Shown: positions 10,352 through 21,019, counted from the first letter of the stretch. The stretch is DNA of 64,000 nucleotides from an uncultured Gammaproteobacteria bacterium (GCA_964402425.1 CAYOCD010000005.1:6064-70063), one strand, 5' to 3'. The notes: a model not told the origin generated them from the letters alone. Numbers and translations: made by a program.

Positions 10352-11071
10352 CTATTTTTCCCAAAGCATTTCAAACATTTCTTTAAAAATATCCACCATA
10401 CTTGGCACTTCAATCACAACCGCAAGTGCGGTTTGGTCTGGGTTTACAACAAGAATCTTGTCGTCAAAGATATCCATCGTACTTTTAAATGTATGATTCT
10501 TGGGTAATACACGAACGTCTCGTAGAAGTTTTGTATCATCAGGACTTGCCTTAATAGAGTCTGCAGAGAGGAGAATACGAGTTTTGATCTTTGCATTTGC
10601 ACGATCGAACCGAAATTTCTGAAAAAAATCCGGATCAATTCCCTCCCAGGCTGTTGCACTTCCGATGGCAGAGTAGGATTTCCCTTTATATTCAACCAGA
10701 ATTCCTGTGTAAAAACGTTCAAGCTCCTGTTTGGTTTCAATAAAACGTAAGCCGACCGTTGAAACAGTTTGTTTCTCGATCGTTTTTAGTTCCGGAATGA
10801 TCGCCTCAAAGGATTCGAGGCGCTTTTCATATTGTCCGGCCACTTTATCAGGCTTTTCTGCTCGATAGAGTCTTTTTGATTTATGGAAATATGTAGAAGC
10901 AAAGCCTTTTTCATGCAAAGACTTAAGGATTGGATAAATTGTGGTGCGTTTAACTCCAACTTCTTTGGAAAGGGCGATGGCATTTCCTCCCCCAATCTTA
11001 AGTAAAGCAAGATATGTTCCAGCTTCATCTTCTGTTAACCCGAGGGTTTGAAGGGTAGAAATATGTGACAT
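10352..11071 (-). CDS. TrmB-family transcriptional regulator
   Basis: LGLTEDEAGTYLALL...VKRTTIYPILKSL winged HTH plus C-terminal effector-like domain. Confidence 0.85.
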   Translation of the reverse strand: MSHISTLQTLGLTEDEAGTYLALLKIGGGNAIALSKEVGVKRTTIYPILKSLHEKGFASTYFHKSKRLYRAEKPDKVAGQYEKRLESFEAIIPELKTIEKQTVSTVGLRFIETKQELERFYTGILVEYKGKSYSAIGSATAWEGIDPDFFQKFRFDRANAKIKTRILLSADSIKASPDDTKLLRDVRVLPKNHTFKSTMDIFDDKILVVNPDQTALAVVIEVPSMVDIFKEMFEMLWEK

Positions 11072-11151
11072 ATTTGTATGTCAAAATTTTACAACGTAAT
11101 TAATCTATTGTCAAGCTTTATCTAAATTTAGATAAAATATTTGCTAATTAT

Positions 11152-11191
11152 GTCAGGAATCATTGACAAAAAGGCAAAAAAGAGGTAAACT
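11152..11191 (+). promoter_or_regulatory. Sigma70-type promoter with an overlapping inverted repeat
   Basis: TTGACA-17 bp-TAAACT; TGTCA-N8-TGACA covers the -35 box. Confidence 0.6.
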
Positions 11192-11238
11192 GATGTCATC
11201 AAGAATGAGAGAGCGATAAGGAATCGCACCTCACTTGA

Positions 11239-11291
11239 GGAGAGAGTTCATTCGAAACAAGTCCTGACATTTAACGATCAGGCAAGGAGAA
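11239..11291 (+). repeat. Leader repeat, copy 1
   Basis: GGAGAGAGTTCATTCgAAAcAAGTCCTGAC...GATCAGGCAAGGAGAA, near-identical to 11730-11781. Confidence 0.85.
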
Positions 11292-11294
11292 AAG

Positions 11295-11630
11295 ATGGAT
11301 AAGCATTTTGTCTTTTCTGTGTTCTCATCTGATTTTAGGGTGATTAACGGGGTGTTGCATACCTATGAGACGTGCCCATGCTCCATTAAATTTCCAAAAA
11401 ACAAGGAGGAGAAAGGGGTCTTCGTTCAGAAAATTACCGATTCGTTAAGAGAACTTGGGTTTTCTAAAGTAGTGGTTCACTATAGCCATTATAAAAACCC
11501 AATATTTGGTCCTGATCATTCTCTTTACGATCTCAGAGAATATATTCCCACTGCTCGGGGATCTTGCACAAGAATGCCCATACTCCCCGATTTGATCGAG
11601 ACAGAGTTCGATATGGGGAAACAGTCCTAA
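11295..11630 (+). CDS. Hypothetical protein (111 aa)
   Basis: AAGGAG SD before ATG, downstream of a promoter; no family recognised. Confidence 0.6.
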   Translation: MDKHFVFSVFSSDFRVINGVLHTYETCPCSIKFPKNKEEKGVFVQKITDSLRELGFSKVVVHYSHYKNPIFGPDHSLYDLREYIPTARGSCTRMPILPDLIETEFDMGKQS

Positions 11631-11729
11631 CCCATCGGACATTAAACCGAATTGAGTACACGACACTCGTGCTCTTTGGATGATGGGTTCCCTTCTGGGA
11701 TGATCAGTGGGTGCTGGTCAATCGAGATT

Positions 11730-11781
11730 GGAGAGAGTTCATTCAAAAAAGTCCTGACGTATGAAGATCAGGCAAGGAGAA
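11730..11781 (+). repeat. Leader repeat, copy 2
   Basis: GGAGAGAGTTCATTCAAAAAAGTCCTGAC...GATCAGGCAAGGAGAA. Confidence 0.85.
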
Positions 11782-11784
11782 GAA

Positions 11785-12354
11785 ATGTTCAACGACAAAC
11801 GTGCCTATGCAAAGTTTCAAATCGAAAAGGCCGGCAAACACATGCAGGTCGTTACGTTTGAGCAGATTGAGGAGTTGCTCGGTGTGCAATTCAACGATGC
11901 TGTTTTACGCGAACATTTTAATCACGGGATTCGGTTGGGTGAATCCGAACTCCGTTTGTTTGGAGACACACACATTCTCATGCCAGGATTCCCCATCTCT
12001 ATCAACGACATGGAGTACAGCGAACAATGGAATAAGATGACGTGTCGATCCGCAGAGTTGGGTGGGTGGATCCTGATGCGTAAGACTCCGGCCAAATTTG
12101 GAACACCCATTCTGGCCGGAGAGTCCATTGCAAACATCCACGACGTCTTCTATGTGGACTTCATTCACAAGAAGCTCTTTGGGAAGCCACTGTTCGATTT
12201 CAATGGGTATGAAACCATTCGAACGTCGGACACGTGGGAACCGTTTTGCAAGTGTCGCGCCGGGTACAACCAATATCCAGATCGACGCAATCGCATTGAA
12301 GAGTTGAGTGAAACAGTTAGCAAAGACGACTTCATGGTGTATGTCATGAAGTAA
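11785..12354 (+). CDS. Hypothetical protein (189 aa)
   Basis: SD supplied by the repeat, ATG at 11785; followed by the hairpin GCGCGCACAGA...TCTGTGCGCGC. Confidence 0.65.
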   Translation: MFNDKRAYAKFQIEKAGKHMQVVTFEQIEELLGVQFNDAVLREHFNHGIRLGESELRLFGDTHILMPGFPISINDMEYSEQWNKMTCRSAELGGWILMRKTPAKFGTPILAGESIANIHDVFYVDFIHKKLFGKPLFDFNGYETIRTSDTWEPFCKCRAGYNQYPDRRNRIEELSETVSKDDFMVYVMK

Positions 12355-12394
12355 TCAATCAAAAACTGCGCGCACAGAAACGAATCTGTGCGCG

Positions 12395-12625
12395 CTATTT
12401 TATTTCCACTTGTTTAATTCTTGTCGTCTTTCCTCTCACAATCTCGATCAAAGACTTTGCCACACCAAGATCCTCGGATAACACCTCCATAACAGCATCA
12501 TTCGCCTTGCCCTTCTCTGCAATCGCTGTGACGGAGATCTTTGCCGTTTCTTCATCAATCCATTCGATAGAGTTCTTTCGAGATCTTGGTTTTACGTGAA
12601 CTGTTATGATCACATGTATATTCAT
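12395..12625 (-). CDS. DUF167/YggU-family protein
   Basis: VHVKPRSRKN...AIAEKGKANDAV...IEIVRGKTTRIKQVEI. Confidence 0.85.
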   Translation of the reverse strand: MNIHVIITVHVKPRSRKNSIEWIDEETAKISVTAIAEKGKANDAVMEVLSEDLGVAKSLIEIVRGKTTRIKQVEIK

Positions 12626-12626
12626 C

Positions 12627-12668
12627 GAGCTTGTCGAGATGCAAGCATGGCAGGTTTTCGACAAGCTC
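12627..12668. repeat. REP-like palindrome
   Basis: GAGCTTGTCGA-N20-TCGACAAGCTC between nfo and the DUF167 gene. Confidence 0.65.
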
Positions 12669-12676
12669 AAACGATA

Positions 12677-13522
12677 TTATTTGTTAATGTTGTTTCTCCA
12701 TTTTTGTAGCATTTTTACTTCCTTTGCACGAATATCATCGTCAGGGGTTTCGAGAAGTAAATCCACGTGTTGAAGATCAGAATGTTGTGTAAATAACTTT
12801 ATTCCCTGTTTACCGATAAGGCCATCGCCAATTTGTTCGTGACGATCTTTGTGACCATTCAGCTCGATTTTGGAGTCATTAACATGAGAGGCCACAATCT
12901 TTTTTATCCCTACAGTCTTTTTCATGATCACAACCAGCTCATTAAGTGTTGCTGGTGTGCGAATATCATAACCACTCGCAAATCCATGTTGGGTGTCATA
13001 ACAAATACCAATTTCCTTTCCGCGCTCAGCACCATGAATAAAAGCAGCAAGCTCTTCGAAATTATCTCCCATCACCATTCCAGCTCCAGCAGAATTCTCT
13101 ATCAGAAGTTGGCAGGTTCCTGTATAACCGTCCAGAATTCTGTTTAGGCCTTCAATCACCATTATCTCTGCTTCTTTTTGAGAAACATCTTTTGCAGAAC
13201 CTGGGTGAAACATCATTCCTTTAATACCAAGCTTACTTCCGCGTTCGAGTTCCTGCCGTAATATGGAATGAGAACCAAGACGGATGCGTGTTTCTGCGGA
13301 TGCAAGATTAATAATGTAAGGCGCGTGAATGTATGCGCTTTTGATTTTGTATTCCTTCATGGTTTGTTGAAACAGTTTTGCATCTTCATCTGTAATATCT
13401 TTTATATTTCCCCCTTGCGGTGGGCGTGAAAAAAATTGGAATGTTTCGCATCCAATCTCACCTGCATTTTTTGGACCATTCCAAAGTCCTCCAGCGGCCG
13501 ATACATGTGCTCCGACAGACAT
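12677..13522 (-). CDS. nfo: Endonuclease IV
   Basis: GAHVSAAGG, HAPYIINLAS, FHPGS, LIENSAG, CYDTQHGFASGYD, HVNDSK, DRHE, LETP. Confidence 0.95.
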   Translation of the reverse strand: MSVGAHVSAAGGLWNGPKNAGEIGCETFQFFSRPPQGGNIKDITDEDAKLFQQTMKEYKIKSAYIHAPYIINLASAETRIRLGSHSILRQELERGSKLGIKGMMFHPGSAKDVSQKEAEIMVIEGLNRILDGYTGTCQLLIENSAGAGMVMGDNFEELAAFIHGAERGKEIGICYDTQHGFASGYDIRTPATLNELVVIMKKTVGIKKIVASHVNDSKIELNGHKDRHEQIGDGLIGKQGIKLFTQHSDLQHVDLLLETPDDDIRAKEVKMLQKWRNNINK

Positions 13523-13568
13523 AAAACAAAAGTAATGGCTTTTAATGCCATTACTTTATCATACGTTA

Positions 13569-14861
13569 TTACATTTTCACCACAACACTCTTCACAAGCT
13601 CAATTACCTTTCGGTTCAGGACAACTTGTTCAAAGTATTGGCGATATTCTGGAGAGTAGATGCGTTTCTTGTCTTCTGCGTCTTCATAACGCGCAGCGGA
13701 TTCATCGAGTTCTTTGTCGAGTTCTTCATCACTTACCGTTAAGTTTTCACGTTTTGCAATCTCACGCATCGCAATCGCTACTTTAATGCGCATGAGAGCT
13801 TGCGGAGTAAAATCAAGTTTCACTTGTGAGAGATCTTTTTTGAGTGATTGGATATATTTTTCAAAATCCATTCCTTGTTCTTCTACACGTGCTTTTAATT
13901 CACGGAGCATTTTTTCAATTTCTTCATTCAAGAGAAGATCTGGAATGTTTTCAAATTGTGTTTTGTTTGCAATGAGCTCGAGTGCTTCTTTTTCTTGGCG
14001 CATGCCTTCTTCACGAACTTTTTCATCCAAAAGATTTTTGTGAATAAGTTCTTTCATCATCGCAAAATCTTTTAAGCCAAGTGATTGTGCAAAAGCATCA
14101 TCCATTTGCGGAGGTTCAAGATGAAAAAGTTCTTTTAAAACAACATCAAAGTCAACATTTTGTCCGGCAAGAAATTCTTGTGCGTGTTCTGCGGGAAAAG
14201 AAAGGGTAAATGTTTTTGATTCTCCTTCTTTGAGTCCGATAAGCTGTTCTTTAAAACCAGGAATGTAATACTCTTCAGCAAGATATACGGCGTGATTTGG
14301 AGATTGTCCTCCTTCAATTGGCACACCAGCTTTTTTCATGTCCATGGAAATCACAGCCTTATCTGTTTCTTTTACAACCGAACCTGCTTCTGCGCGCACT
14401 TCTCGTGTTTGCATGCGTGTGAGATCTTTGAGAGCGAGTTCAATATCATGTTCAGCAATTTCCGGAATTTTTCCTTGAACGGACATCGTTTTAAAATCCG
14501 CAAGTTCTTTTATGGCTGGCATACGGACGACTTCTGCGGTAAAGACCAGTTCGTTTCCTGCGGCCATTTTTTCAACATCGATTTTTGGAGAACCAACAGT
14601 ATCGATTTCGTTTTTTAAAATAGCTTCAATGAAATAGGTGCGTACGATTTTTTCAAGCGCTTCTTCCATGATTTTTGCTTCTCCAACGCGTTGTTTCACA
14701 ATTTCATATCCCGCTTTTCCTGGACGGAATCCTGGAATGGTTGAGTGTTCAGAAATGTGTTCCGCAGCAGCTTCAAGGAATGGTTGTTGTTCGGAAACAG
14801 AGACTGTAAACGTAAGTTTAACATGTCCTTTTTCTTGTTCCTCAATTTGAATATTTGGCAT
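13569..14861 (-). CDS. tig: Trigger factor
   Basis: IPGFRPGKA ribosome-binding signature, FKBP-like YIPGFKEQLIG segment. Confidence 0.95.
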   Translation of the reverse strand: MPNIQIEEQEKGHVKLTFTVSVSEQQPFLEAAAEHISEHSTIPGFRPGKAGYEIVKQRVGEAKIMEEALEKIVRTYFIEAILKNEIDTVGSPKIDVEKMAAGNELVFTAEVVRMPAIKELADFKTMSVQGKIPEIAEHDIELALKDLTRMQTREVRAEAGSVVKETDKAVISMDMKKAGVPIEGGQSPNHAVYLAEEYYIPGFKEQLIGLKEGESKTFTLSFPAEHAQEFLAGQNVDFDVVLKELFHLEPPQMDDAFAQSLGLKDFAMMKELIHKNLLDEKVREEGMRQEKEALELIANKTQFENIPDLLLNEEIEKMLRELKARVEEQGMDFEKYIQSLKKDLSQVKLDFTPQALMRIKVAIAMREIAKRENLTVSDEELDKELDESAARYEDAEDKKRIYSPEYRQYFEQVVLNRKVIELVKSVVVKM

Positions 14862-14979
14862 AATTTTGGAGTGAATTTCTGCGAAAGTGTAACGAAGTTA
14901 GAGGATTGTGTCAATGTGATTGTTATGAAAGAGAGAAACAAAAATCGACCCACAGAGAGTGGATCGATTTTATTTTTTC

Positions 14980-16971
14980 TTAGACGAGGAATCCTACAAT
15001 GAGCAATGCAACAATGTTCAAAATTTTGATCATTGGGTTGATGGCAGGTCCTGCTGTGTCTTTGTATGGGTCCCCTACTGTGTCTCCTGTGACAGCTGCT
15101 TTATGTGCGTTTGATCCTTTTCCTCCATGATTTCCAGATTCAATATATTTCTTTGCGTTGTCCCAAGCTCCACCACCCGTTGTCATAGAGATTGCCATGA
15201 AGAGACCTGTGACAATAGAACCAATGAGAAGTCCTCCAAGAGCTTTTGGTCCAAAGGCGAATCCAACAACGATTGGTGCAAACACAGCGAGCAAGGAAGG
15301 AGCAATCATGTAGTTGATGGCTGCTTTTGTTACGATGTCTACAGCTTTTGCGTAATCTGGTTTTCCGGTTCCATCCATGATTCCTGGAATTTCACGGAAT
15401 TGACGACGAACTTCTTCTACAACAGAACCAGCAGCTTTTCCTACGGATTCCATGGCAAGAGCGGCAAACAAATAGGTGACAAGTCCACCAAGGAAGAGTC
15501 CGGAAAGTACGTACGGATCACTGATTTCAAAGACGACGAGTGAACCTTTTGCTGCAAGGGCATGAACGTAATCTCCAAAGAGAACGACCGTTGCAAGTCC
15601 TGCGGAACCAATTGCATATGCCTTGGTTACTGCTTTTGTTGTATTTCCAACGGCATCGAGTGGATCTGTAACATTACGAACGTCTTCTCCAAGATCGGCC
15701 ATTTCTGCGATTCCACCTGCGTTGTCTGTGATTGGACCAAAAGCGTCAATGGCGACAACAATTCCAGTGAGAGACAACATGGCCATTGCGGCAATCGCAA
15801 CACCATAAAGTCCAGCAAGAGAGTTAGCGATCAAAATTCCAAAGACAATGGTTAAAACAGGATACGCGGTTGATTTCATGGAAAGTGCGAGTCCTGCGAT
15901 GATGTTTGTTCCGTGTCCAGATTCAGATGCGGCTGCAAGATCTTTTACAGGTTGGTGATTTGTTCCTGTGTAATATTCTGTAATCAAGATCATGGCTGCT
16001 GTGATAACGAGTCCAAGAAGTGCAGAATAATAAACGTTCATAACGTTTAATCCTTCAATGCCTGCAAGCAAATATTTTGTAGCTGGATAAAAGGCGATGG
16101 CTGCAAGTGCTCCTGCAACAAACAATCCTTTATAAAGTGCATTCATGATGTTGCCATCTTTTCCAATTTTGATGAAAAGGGTTCCAACAATAGAACACAC
16201 GATTGCAATGGCTCCAAGAGCGATTGGATACATGATGGCTTGAGGGCTGTTTGCAAACAAGAGAGCTCCGAGCAACATGGCTGCAACAGATGTTACAGCG
16301 TATGTTTCAAACAAGTCTGCTGCCATTCCTGCACAGTCTCCAACGTTGTCTCCAACGTTGTCTGCAATAACCGCTGGGTTACGTGGGTCATCTTCAGGAA
16401 TACCTGCTTCTGTTTTTCCAACCAAGTCTGCTCCAACGTCTGCGGCTTTGGTAAAAATTCCTCCACCCAAACGTGCAAATACAGAGATGAGAGATCCTCC
16501 GAATCCAAGTCCGATGAGTGCGTTAATGTCTTGTGTCACCATGTAAAAAAGAGTGACTCCAAGAAGAGCGAGTCCAACAACGAAAAAACCTGTTACAACT
16601 CCACCACGGACAGCAACGTTCATAGCGGCAGAGAGTCCGGTTTTTGCCGCTTCTGTTGTACGAACGTTAGCTCGAACAGAGACAGACATTCCAATAAAAC
16701 CTGCGAGTCCAGATAAGACGGCTCCAACAAGGAATCCGATCGCAAGAGTCCATCCGAGTGCGTATACAAGAACGAAGAAAACAACAAGACCAATCAGACC
16801 AATCATTTTATATTGGCGCGCCATGTAAGCATTTGCGCCTTCTTGAATGGCAAGGGCAATTCCCTTCATTTTTCCTTCTCCGGCAGGAAGTTTTAAAATC
16901 CACTGAGTAAGATAAGCTCCGTAAATAAGAGCAAGCAAGCTTGCCCCTATGGCGTACATCGAAATATTCAT
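14980..16971 (-). CDS. hppA: Membrane-bound H+-translocating pyrophosphatase
   Basis: [68 protein letters not shown]. Confidence 0.95.
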   Translation of the reverse strand: MNISMYAIGASLLALIYGAYLTQWILKLPAGEGKMKGIALAIQEGANAYMARQYKMIGLIGLVVFFVLVYALGWTLAIGFLVGAVLSGLAGFIGMSVSVRANVRTTEAAKTGLSAAMNVAVRGGVVTGFFVVGLALLGVTLFYMVTQDINALIGLGFGGSLISVFARLGGGIFTKAADVGADLVGKTEAGIPEDDPRNPAVIADNVGDNVGDCAGMAADLFETYAVTSVAAMLLGALLFANSPQAIMYPIALGAIAIVCSIVGTLFIKIGKDGNIMNALYKGLFVAGALAAIAFYPATKYLLAGIEGLNVMNVYYSALLGLVITAAMILITEYYTGTNHQPVKDLAAASESGHGTNIIAGLALSMKSTAYPVLTIVFGILIANSLAGLYGVAIAAMAMLSLTGIVVAIDAFGPITDNAGGIAEMADLGEDVRNVTDPLDAVGNTTKAVTKAYAIGSAGLATVVLFGDYVHALAAKGSLVVFEISDPYVLSGLFLGGLVTYLFAALAMESVGKAAGSVVEEVRRQFREIPGIMDGTGKPDYAKAVDIVTKAAINYMIAPSLLAVFAPIVVGFAFGPKALGGLLIGSIVTGLFMAISMTTGGGAWDNAKKYIESGNHGGKGSNAHKAAVTGDTVGDPYKDTAGPAINPMIKILNIVALLIVGFLV

Positions 16972-17214
16972 AAGATGTGTGCGGAAATGAAAATGACTAA
17001 AAACATGAGGCTATCGTAATGAGGTCTGTGCATTTTGTCAACGATTTTTCCATGGAAGAAATACGTTTTTTTATTTAATTTTAGCTGTAAAATACAAAAA
17101 AAAGTTTGACAAAACAGGAAAAAAAGCCTATAGTTCTAGTCACAAATTGCCCATAATGCATTTTTTATCAAACTTTCCATCAAACATTTTTTTGTTCGAT
17201 CAGCGCTCGTTGTT

Positions 17215-18453
17215 TTGCGATCTTTGATCATAGTCAAGCGGGTTGGAAAACCAATCGTTTTGGCTGTTGGACAACCGTTTAAGACGGTTGGGATTATTTT
17301 GATAAAATCAATCGGTGTTCCTGCTTATCGTGGAATATTTTTCATTCGTAGATTGGTTCACACAATTCTTCTTCCAGCGAAACATCGTTTTTTTTATTTG
17401 CTTTCAAATCGTTATACCATTCACATATTAATGATTGTTATTGTTGGAATTATTGGAGTGACAAATTTTCAAACACGTAATGTTCGCGCAGAGACATTTG
17501 GACAAAAAAGTATTTTGTATGCACTTGTGTCTGTTGACGATTCTGAAACCGTTGAGGTTGTGGAGGCGGGAAAATCCGTTTTAATTCCCGGAGGATCATC
17601 TAGTTATTTTGCGGATATTGCGCTTGATACACGTACACAATTTCAACAAGACGAATTTGATCAGGTGACAAAACCCACCCAAACCCCAACGACACAAACA
17701 CGCTCGTCTGTTGAAACGTATGTTGTAAAAGAAGGTGATACGCTTGGAAAAATTTCTGTGCGTTTTCAGTTAAGTATCAGTACAATTCTTTCAGCAAACG
17801 GGCTTACACTTCGCAGTACAATTCGTCCGGGTGATACACTCAAAATTCTTCCAGAAGATGGAATAATGTATAAGGTAAAAAGTGGCGATACTCTTTCTCG
17901 CATCGCACAAAAATATGATATTGGCGTACAAGATATCGCAACCGCTAATCAACTTCCTACAACGGTTGCTTTAAAAATTGGAGAAGAACTTCTCTTGCCG
18001 GGTGCAACAGCTATTGCTCCTCCGGCAGCAATTGCACGTGTACCTGTGAGTGTAAAAAACATCATTACAAAAACTCCTTCCCCAGCCCCAACAAGCACTG
18101 GATGGGTGTGGCCAACAAACTGGCACATCATTACGCAATATTATGGATGGAAACACACGGGAATTGATGTGGATGGAGACTATTCAACCTTTAGTATTGC
18201 GGCAAATGACGGTGTTGTAAGTTACGCAGGTTGGCGCACAGGTTATGGATTAACGGTTGAAGTGGATCATGGAAATGGTTTGAAGACACGATATGCACAC
18301 AATTCAAAGATTTTTGTGGGAGCGGGAGATGTCGTTGCTGCGGGTGAGCGTTTAGCACAAACAGGAACAACGGGACGTTCAACGGGAACACACTTGCACT
18401 TTGAGGTGATTTTGAACGGTAAATTCCAAAATCCACTGTCGTACGTTCGTTAA
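17215..18453 (+). CDS. LysM-containing M23 peptidase
   Basis: Two LysM repeats (YVVKEGDTL, YKVKSGDTL) and M23 motifs HTGID, YAH, STGTHLHFEV; start codon uncertain. Confidence 0.9.
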   Translation: MRSLIIVKRVGKPIVLAVGQPFKTVGIILIKSIGVPAYRGIFFIRRLVHTILLPAKHRFFYLLSNRYTIHILMIVIVGIIGVTNFQTRNVRAETFGQKSILYALVSVDDSETVEVVEAGKSVLIPGGSSSYFADIALDTRTQFQQDEFDQVTKPTQTPTTQTRSSVETYVVKEGDTLGKISVRFQLSISTILSANGLTLRSTIRPGDTLKILPEDGIMYKVKSGDTLSRIAQKYDIGVQDIATANQLPTTVALKIGEELLLPGATAIAPPAAIARVPVSVKNIITKTPSPAPTSTGWVWPTNWHIITQYYGWKHTGIDVDGDYSTFSIAANDGVVSYAGWRTGYGLTVEVDHGNGLKTRYAHNSKIFVGAGDVVAAGERLAQTGTTGRSTGTHLHFEVILNGKFQNPLSYVR

Positions 18454-19971
18454 TTAATCTTGTTGTAATCGTTGTCCTCTGAATTGTAATGCTTCTGCAA
18501 GATGATGTTCTTCAATGGATTCAGATCCTGCGAGGTCGGCGATGGTGCGTGCAACTTTTCGAATACGAGATGTTGCACGCGGTGAAAGAGATTGAGAATC
18601 AATGGCGAGCGACAAGAGTTTTTTTGCACTTGCTGTCATGGCACAAATTCGTTCAAGAAGTGCGGGTGAAATTTCTGCATTAAGATGACAAGTGGAATCG
18701 AAAAAACGATCCGCTTGTTTTTTTCTTGCATCAAGAATACGTGCACGAATAGAAATAGATGATTCGCCACGCACTTCATTTAAGAGGATCTCTTTTGAGA
18801 GATTGGCAACTTCAATACGTAAATCGAAACGGTCAAGAAGTGGTCCAGAAACACGTTTTTCATAATTTTGTCTTTGGAATGATGTGCAAACGCATCTTCG
18901 TTTTGGGTCGGACGCATATCCACACGGACACGGATTCATGGCGGCGATTAAAAGAAAACGTGCGGGAAATTTTACCGTTGCTTGTGCGCGTGAAATGGTC
19001 ACCGTTCCATCTTCGAGTGGGCCGCGTAAATGCTCAAGAACATGTCGTGGAAATTCAGGGAGTTCATCAAGAAACAGAACACCTCTGTGTGCAAGAGAAA
19101 TCTCCCCTGGTGTTGGCCAGGTTCCGCCACCCACAAGAGAGACGGCTGAGGAAGAATGGTGTGGAGATCGAAAAGGGCGTGTTTCAATAAGTCCATCCGA
19201 AGAAGTAAGTTCGCCCGCAATAGAAGCAATACTTGTGACTTCCATTGATTCTTCTTCTGTAAGCGAAGGAAGAATAGAAGGAAAAGAATGTGCGAGAAGG
19301 GTTTTTCCTGTTCCAGGGGGACCAGATAAAAGAATGTTATGTCCACCCGCAGCAGCGATTTCAAGTCCACGTTTTGCAAAATCCTGTCCTTTAATATAAG
19401 AAAAACAATTTTGTTCTTCTGATTTTTGTTCGCGCCGAATATAAATTGTTTTTGGTATGTTTGCGCGATTGAGCAGATGGTCAATAAGGACGCGTAAGGA
19501 AGAAACGCCATAGACATCCAAATCTTTTATAACAGCTGCTTCTTGTTCATTTTCTTTTGGAACAAACATGATTCGTTTTTGAATATGTCGGGCCATGCGT
19601 GCTGTTGTGAGAATACCTCTCACAGGACGAATAGAACCATCAAGAGCGAGTTCCCCCAAGACCACGGCGTGTTCAAGGGTGTGGGAGGGTATTTCTCCAC
19701 GTGCAACTAAGATAGAAAGTGCGATGGGTAAATCATAAAGCGGACCTTGTTTGCGTAAATCTGCGGGTGCGAGATTGACCGTGATGCGCCCTCGCGGAAA
19801 TGGAAAACCAGTATTTTTGAGGGCTGCGCGGATACGGTCGCGAGATTCTTTGATGGAAGTATCTGGCAATCCAACGATCGTAAAATTATTCATACCGTTT
19901 GAAACATCTGTCTCTACAGTGACTGGTACAGCATCGATTCCAGTTGTTGTGCTTGAAGTGATAGAAAACAT
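18454..19971 (-). CDS. comM: ComM/YifB Mg-chelatase-like AAA+ ATPase
   Basis: IVGLPD...ESRDR, NLAPADL, GPPGTGKT, PFRSPHH, LFLDELPEF, AMNPCPCG, SGPLLDRFD. Confidence 0.93.
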   Translation of the reverse strand: MFSITSSTTTGIDAVPVTVETDVSNGMNNFTIVGLPDTSIKESRDRIRAALKNTGFPFPRGRITVNLAPADLRKQGPLYDLPIALSILVARGEIPSHTLEHAVVLGELALDGSIRPVRGILTTARMARHIQKRIMFVPKENEQEAAVIKDLDVYGVSSLRVLIDHLLNRANIPKTIYIRREQKSEEQNCFSYIKGQDFAKRGLEIAAAGGHNILLSGPPGTGKTLLAHSFPSILPSLTEEESMEVTSIASIAGELTSSDGLIETRPFRSPHHSSSAVSLVGGGTWPTPGEISLAHRGVLFLDELPEFPRHVLEHLRGPLEDGTVTISRAQATVKFPARFLLIAAMNPCPCGYASDPKRRCVCTSFQRQNYEKRVSGPLLDRFDLRIEVANLSKEILLNEVRGESSISIRARILDARKKQADRFFDSTCHLNAEISPALLERICAMTASAKKLLSLAIDSQSLSPRATSRIRKVARTIADLAGSESIEEHHLAEALQFRGQRLQQD

Positions 19972-20054
19972 AAAATAGAAATAAAAAAAGAACCCCTGAG
20001 GTTGTACTCAGGAGTTCATTTATAGAAATAGGATATCTTATTTTTTTGTCTTTG

Positions 20055-20531
20055 TCAATCTATCTTGTTGACCGCGTGCTCTGCAGAGAGTCTTCGTGAT
20101 GAAATTAAAAGGAGAACGACACCAAGAACAATGAGAAGATCTGAAAGATTGAGAGCGGATCTTCCGAAGAAGATTAAGTAGTCGACGGTAAAACCATAAA
20201 AAATACGATCAAAAACATTTCCAACCGCACCGATTAATATAAGTGCACTTGAGAAAGCGATTTTAGGATGCGCTTTCACATTTTTGATGATCATGTCTAC
20301 TAAAAAATAACCGATGACAAGCGAGATTAATAAAATAAACTCTCGGCGAAAGGGGATATCAAACGCAAGCCCCCAATTTTTGTGAATTGCTAAATTCAAA
20401 ATGCTTGGATTGGTGAGGGTGCTTTCATCAGGAAAGTTCGTGAGAGCAAACGCTTTAATCCATTCATCTAATCCAACAAGAAGAATTGCTGGGAGGAGAA
20501 ACCAATAAAGATGTTTTGAAAAGTTTTTCAC
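20055..20531 (-). CDS. lspA: Lipoprotein signal peptidase II
   Basis: LDEWIK, NWGLAF, GAVGNVFDR, VDYL, NLSD. Confidence 0.85.
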   Translation of the reverse strand: MKNFSKHLYWFLLPAILLVGLDEWIKAFALTNFPDESTLTNPSILNLAIHKNWGLAFDIPFRREFILLISLVIGYFLVDMIIKNVKAHPKIAFSSALILIGAVGNVFDRIFYGFTVDYLIFFGRSALNLSDLLIVLGVVLLLISSRRLSAEHAVNKID

Positions 20532-20902
20532 ACTTCTTGTGTAAGGGTTTTTTTACATTGGATACAGGAACTTGAGGTTGGGCGCGCAAGAAGACGACGT
20601 TCATCGATTGGGAGATGACAGTATTTACACACACCATAATCACCCTTCTCAATCTGTTTAAGGGTAGATTCAACATCACGAAGTGCTTTTTCGAGCTCGT
20701 CTTCTAAAGAGAGGTTGTCAGAAAATTGTGCAACCTCAGAAGCATTTTCATCTTCTCCTTCTCCGTTGTTTGGGAAATCGGTTTGAAAATGATCATCCGA
20801 TGTTTTTGTATTTCTATGGGAAAATTTGGAGAGCTCTGTTTCAAGACGCAATTTTTCCGCCTCTAAAAGTGTTTTTGCTTTCGCAACAAGTTCCTTTTTC
20901 AT
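20528..20902 (-). CDS. DksA/TraR C4-type zinc finger protein
   Basis: YGVCKYC...RL.ARP...CIQC with an N-terminal coiled coil carrying an acidic tip (DENASE). Confidence 0.9.
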   Translation of the reverse strand: MKKELVAKAKTLLEAEKLRLETELSKFSHRNTKTSDDHFQTDFPNNGEGEDENASEVAQFSDNLSLEDELEKALRDVESTLKQIEKGDYGVCKYCHLPIDERRLLARPTSSSCIQCKKTLTQEV

Positions 20903-20996
20903 AGATTTGTGATGGAAAATCACCACCATTCATTTCTTTAATACTGAAAGTGTAGCATAAATAAGGAAAAGAAGATATGTTTGTTGAATTTTTGGT

Positions 20997-21019
20997 AAAA
21001 AAAAAGCCCCCGAAGGGGC
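20997..21019 (-). terminator. Intrinsic terminator (UUCG loop, U9 tail)
   Basis: Minus strand GCCCC-TTCG-GGGGC followed by nine T. Confidence 0.85.

Noticed and set aside
11239-11781. Possible CRISPR array
   Set aside because: Only two clear copies about 490 bp apart, separated by a gene, and no cas genes.
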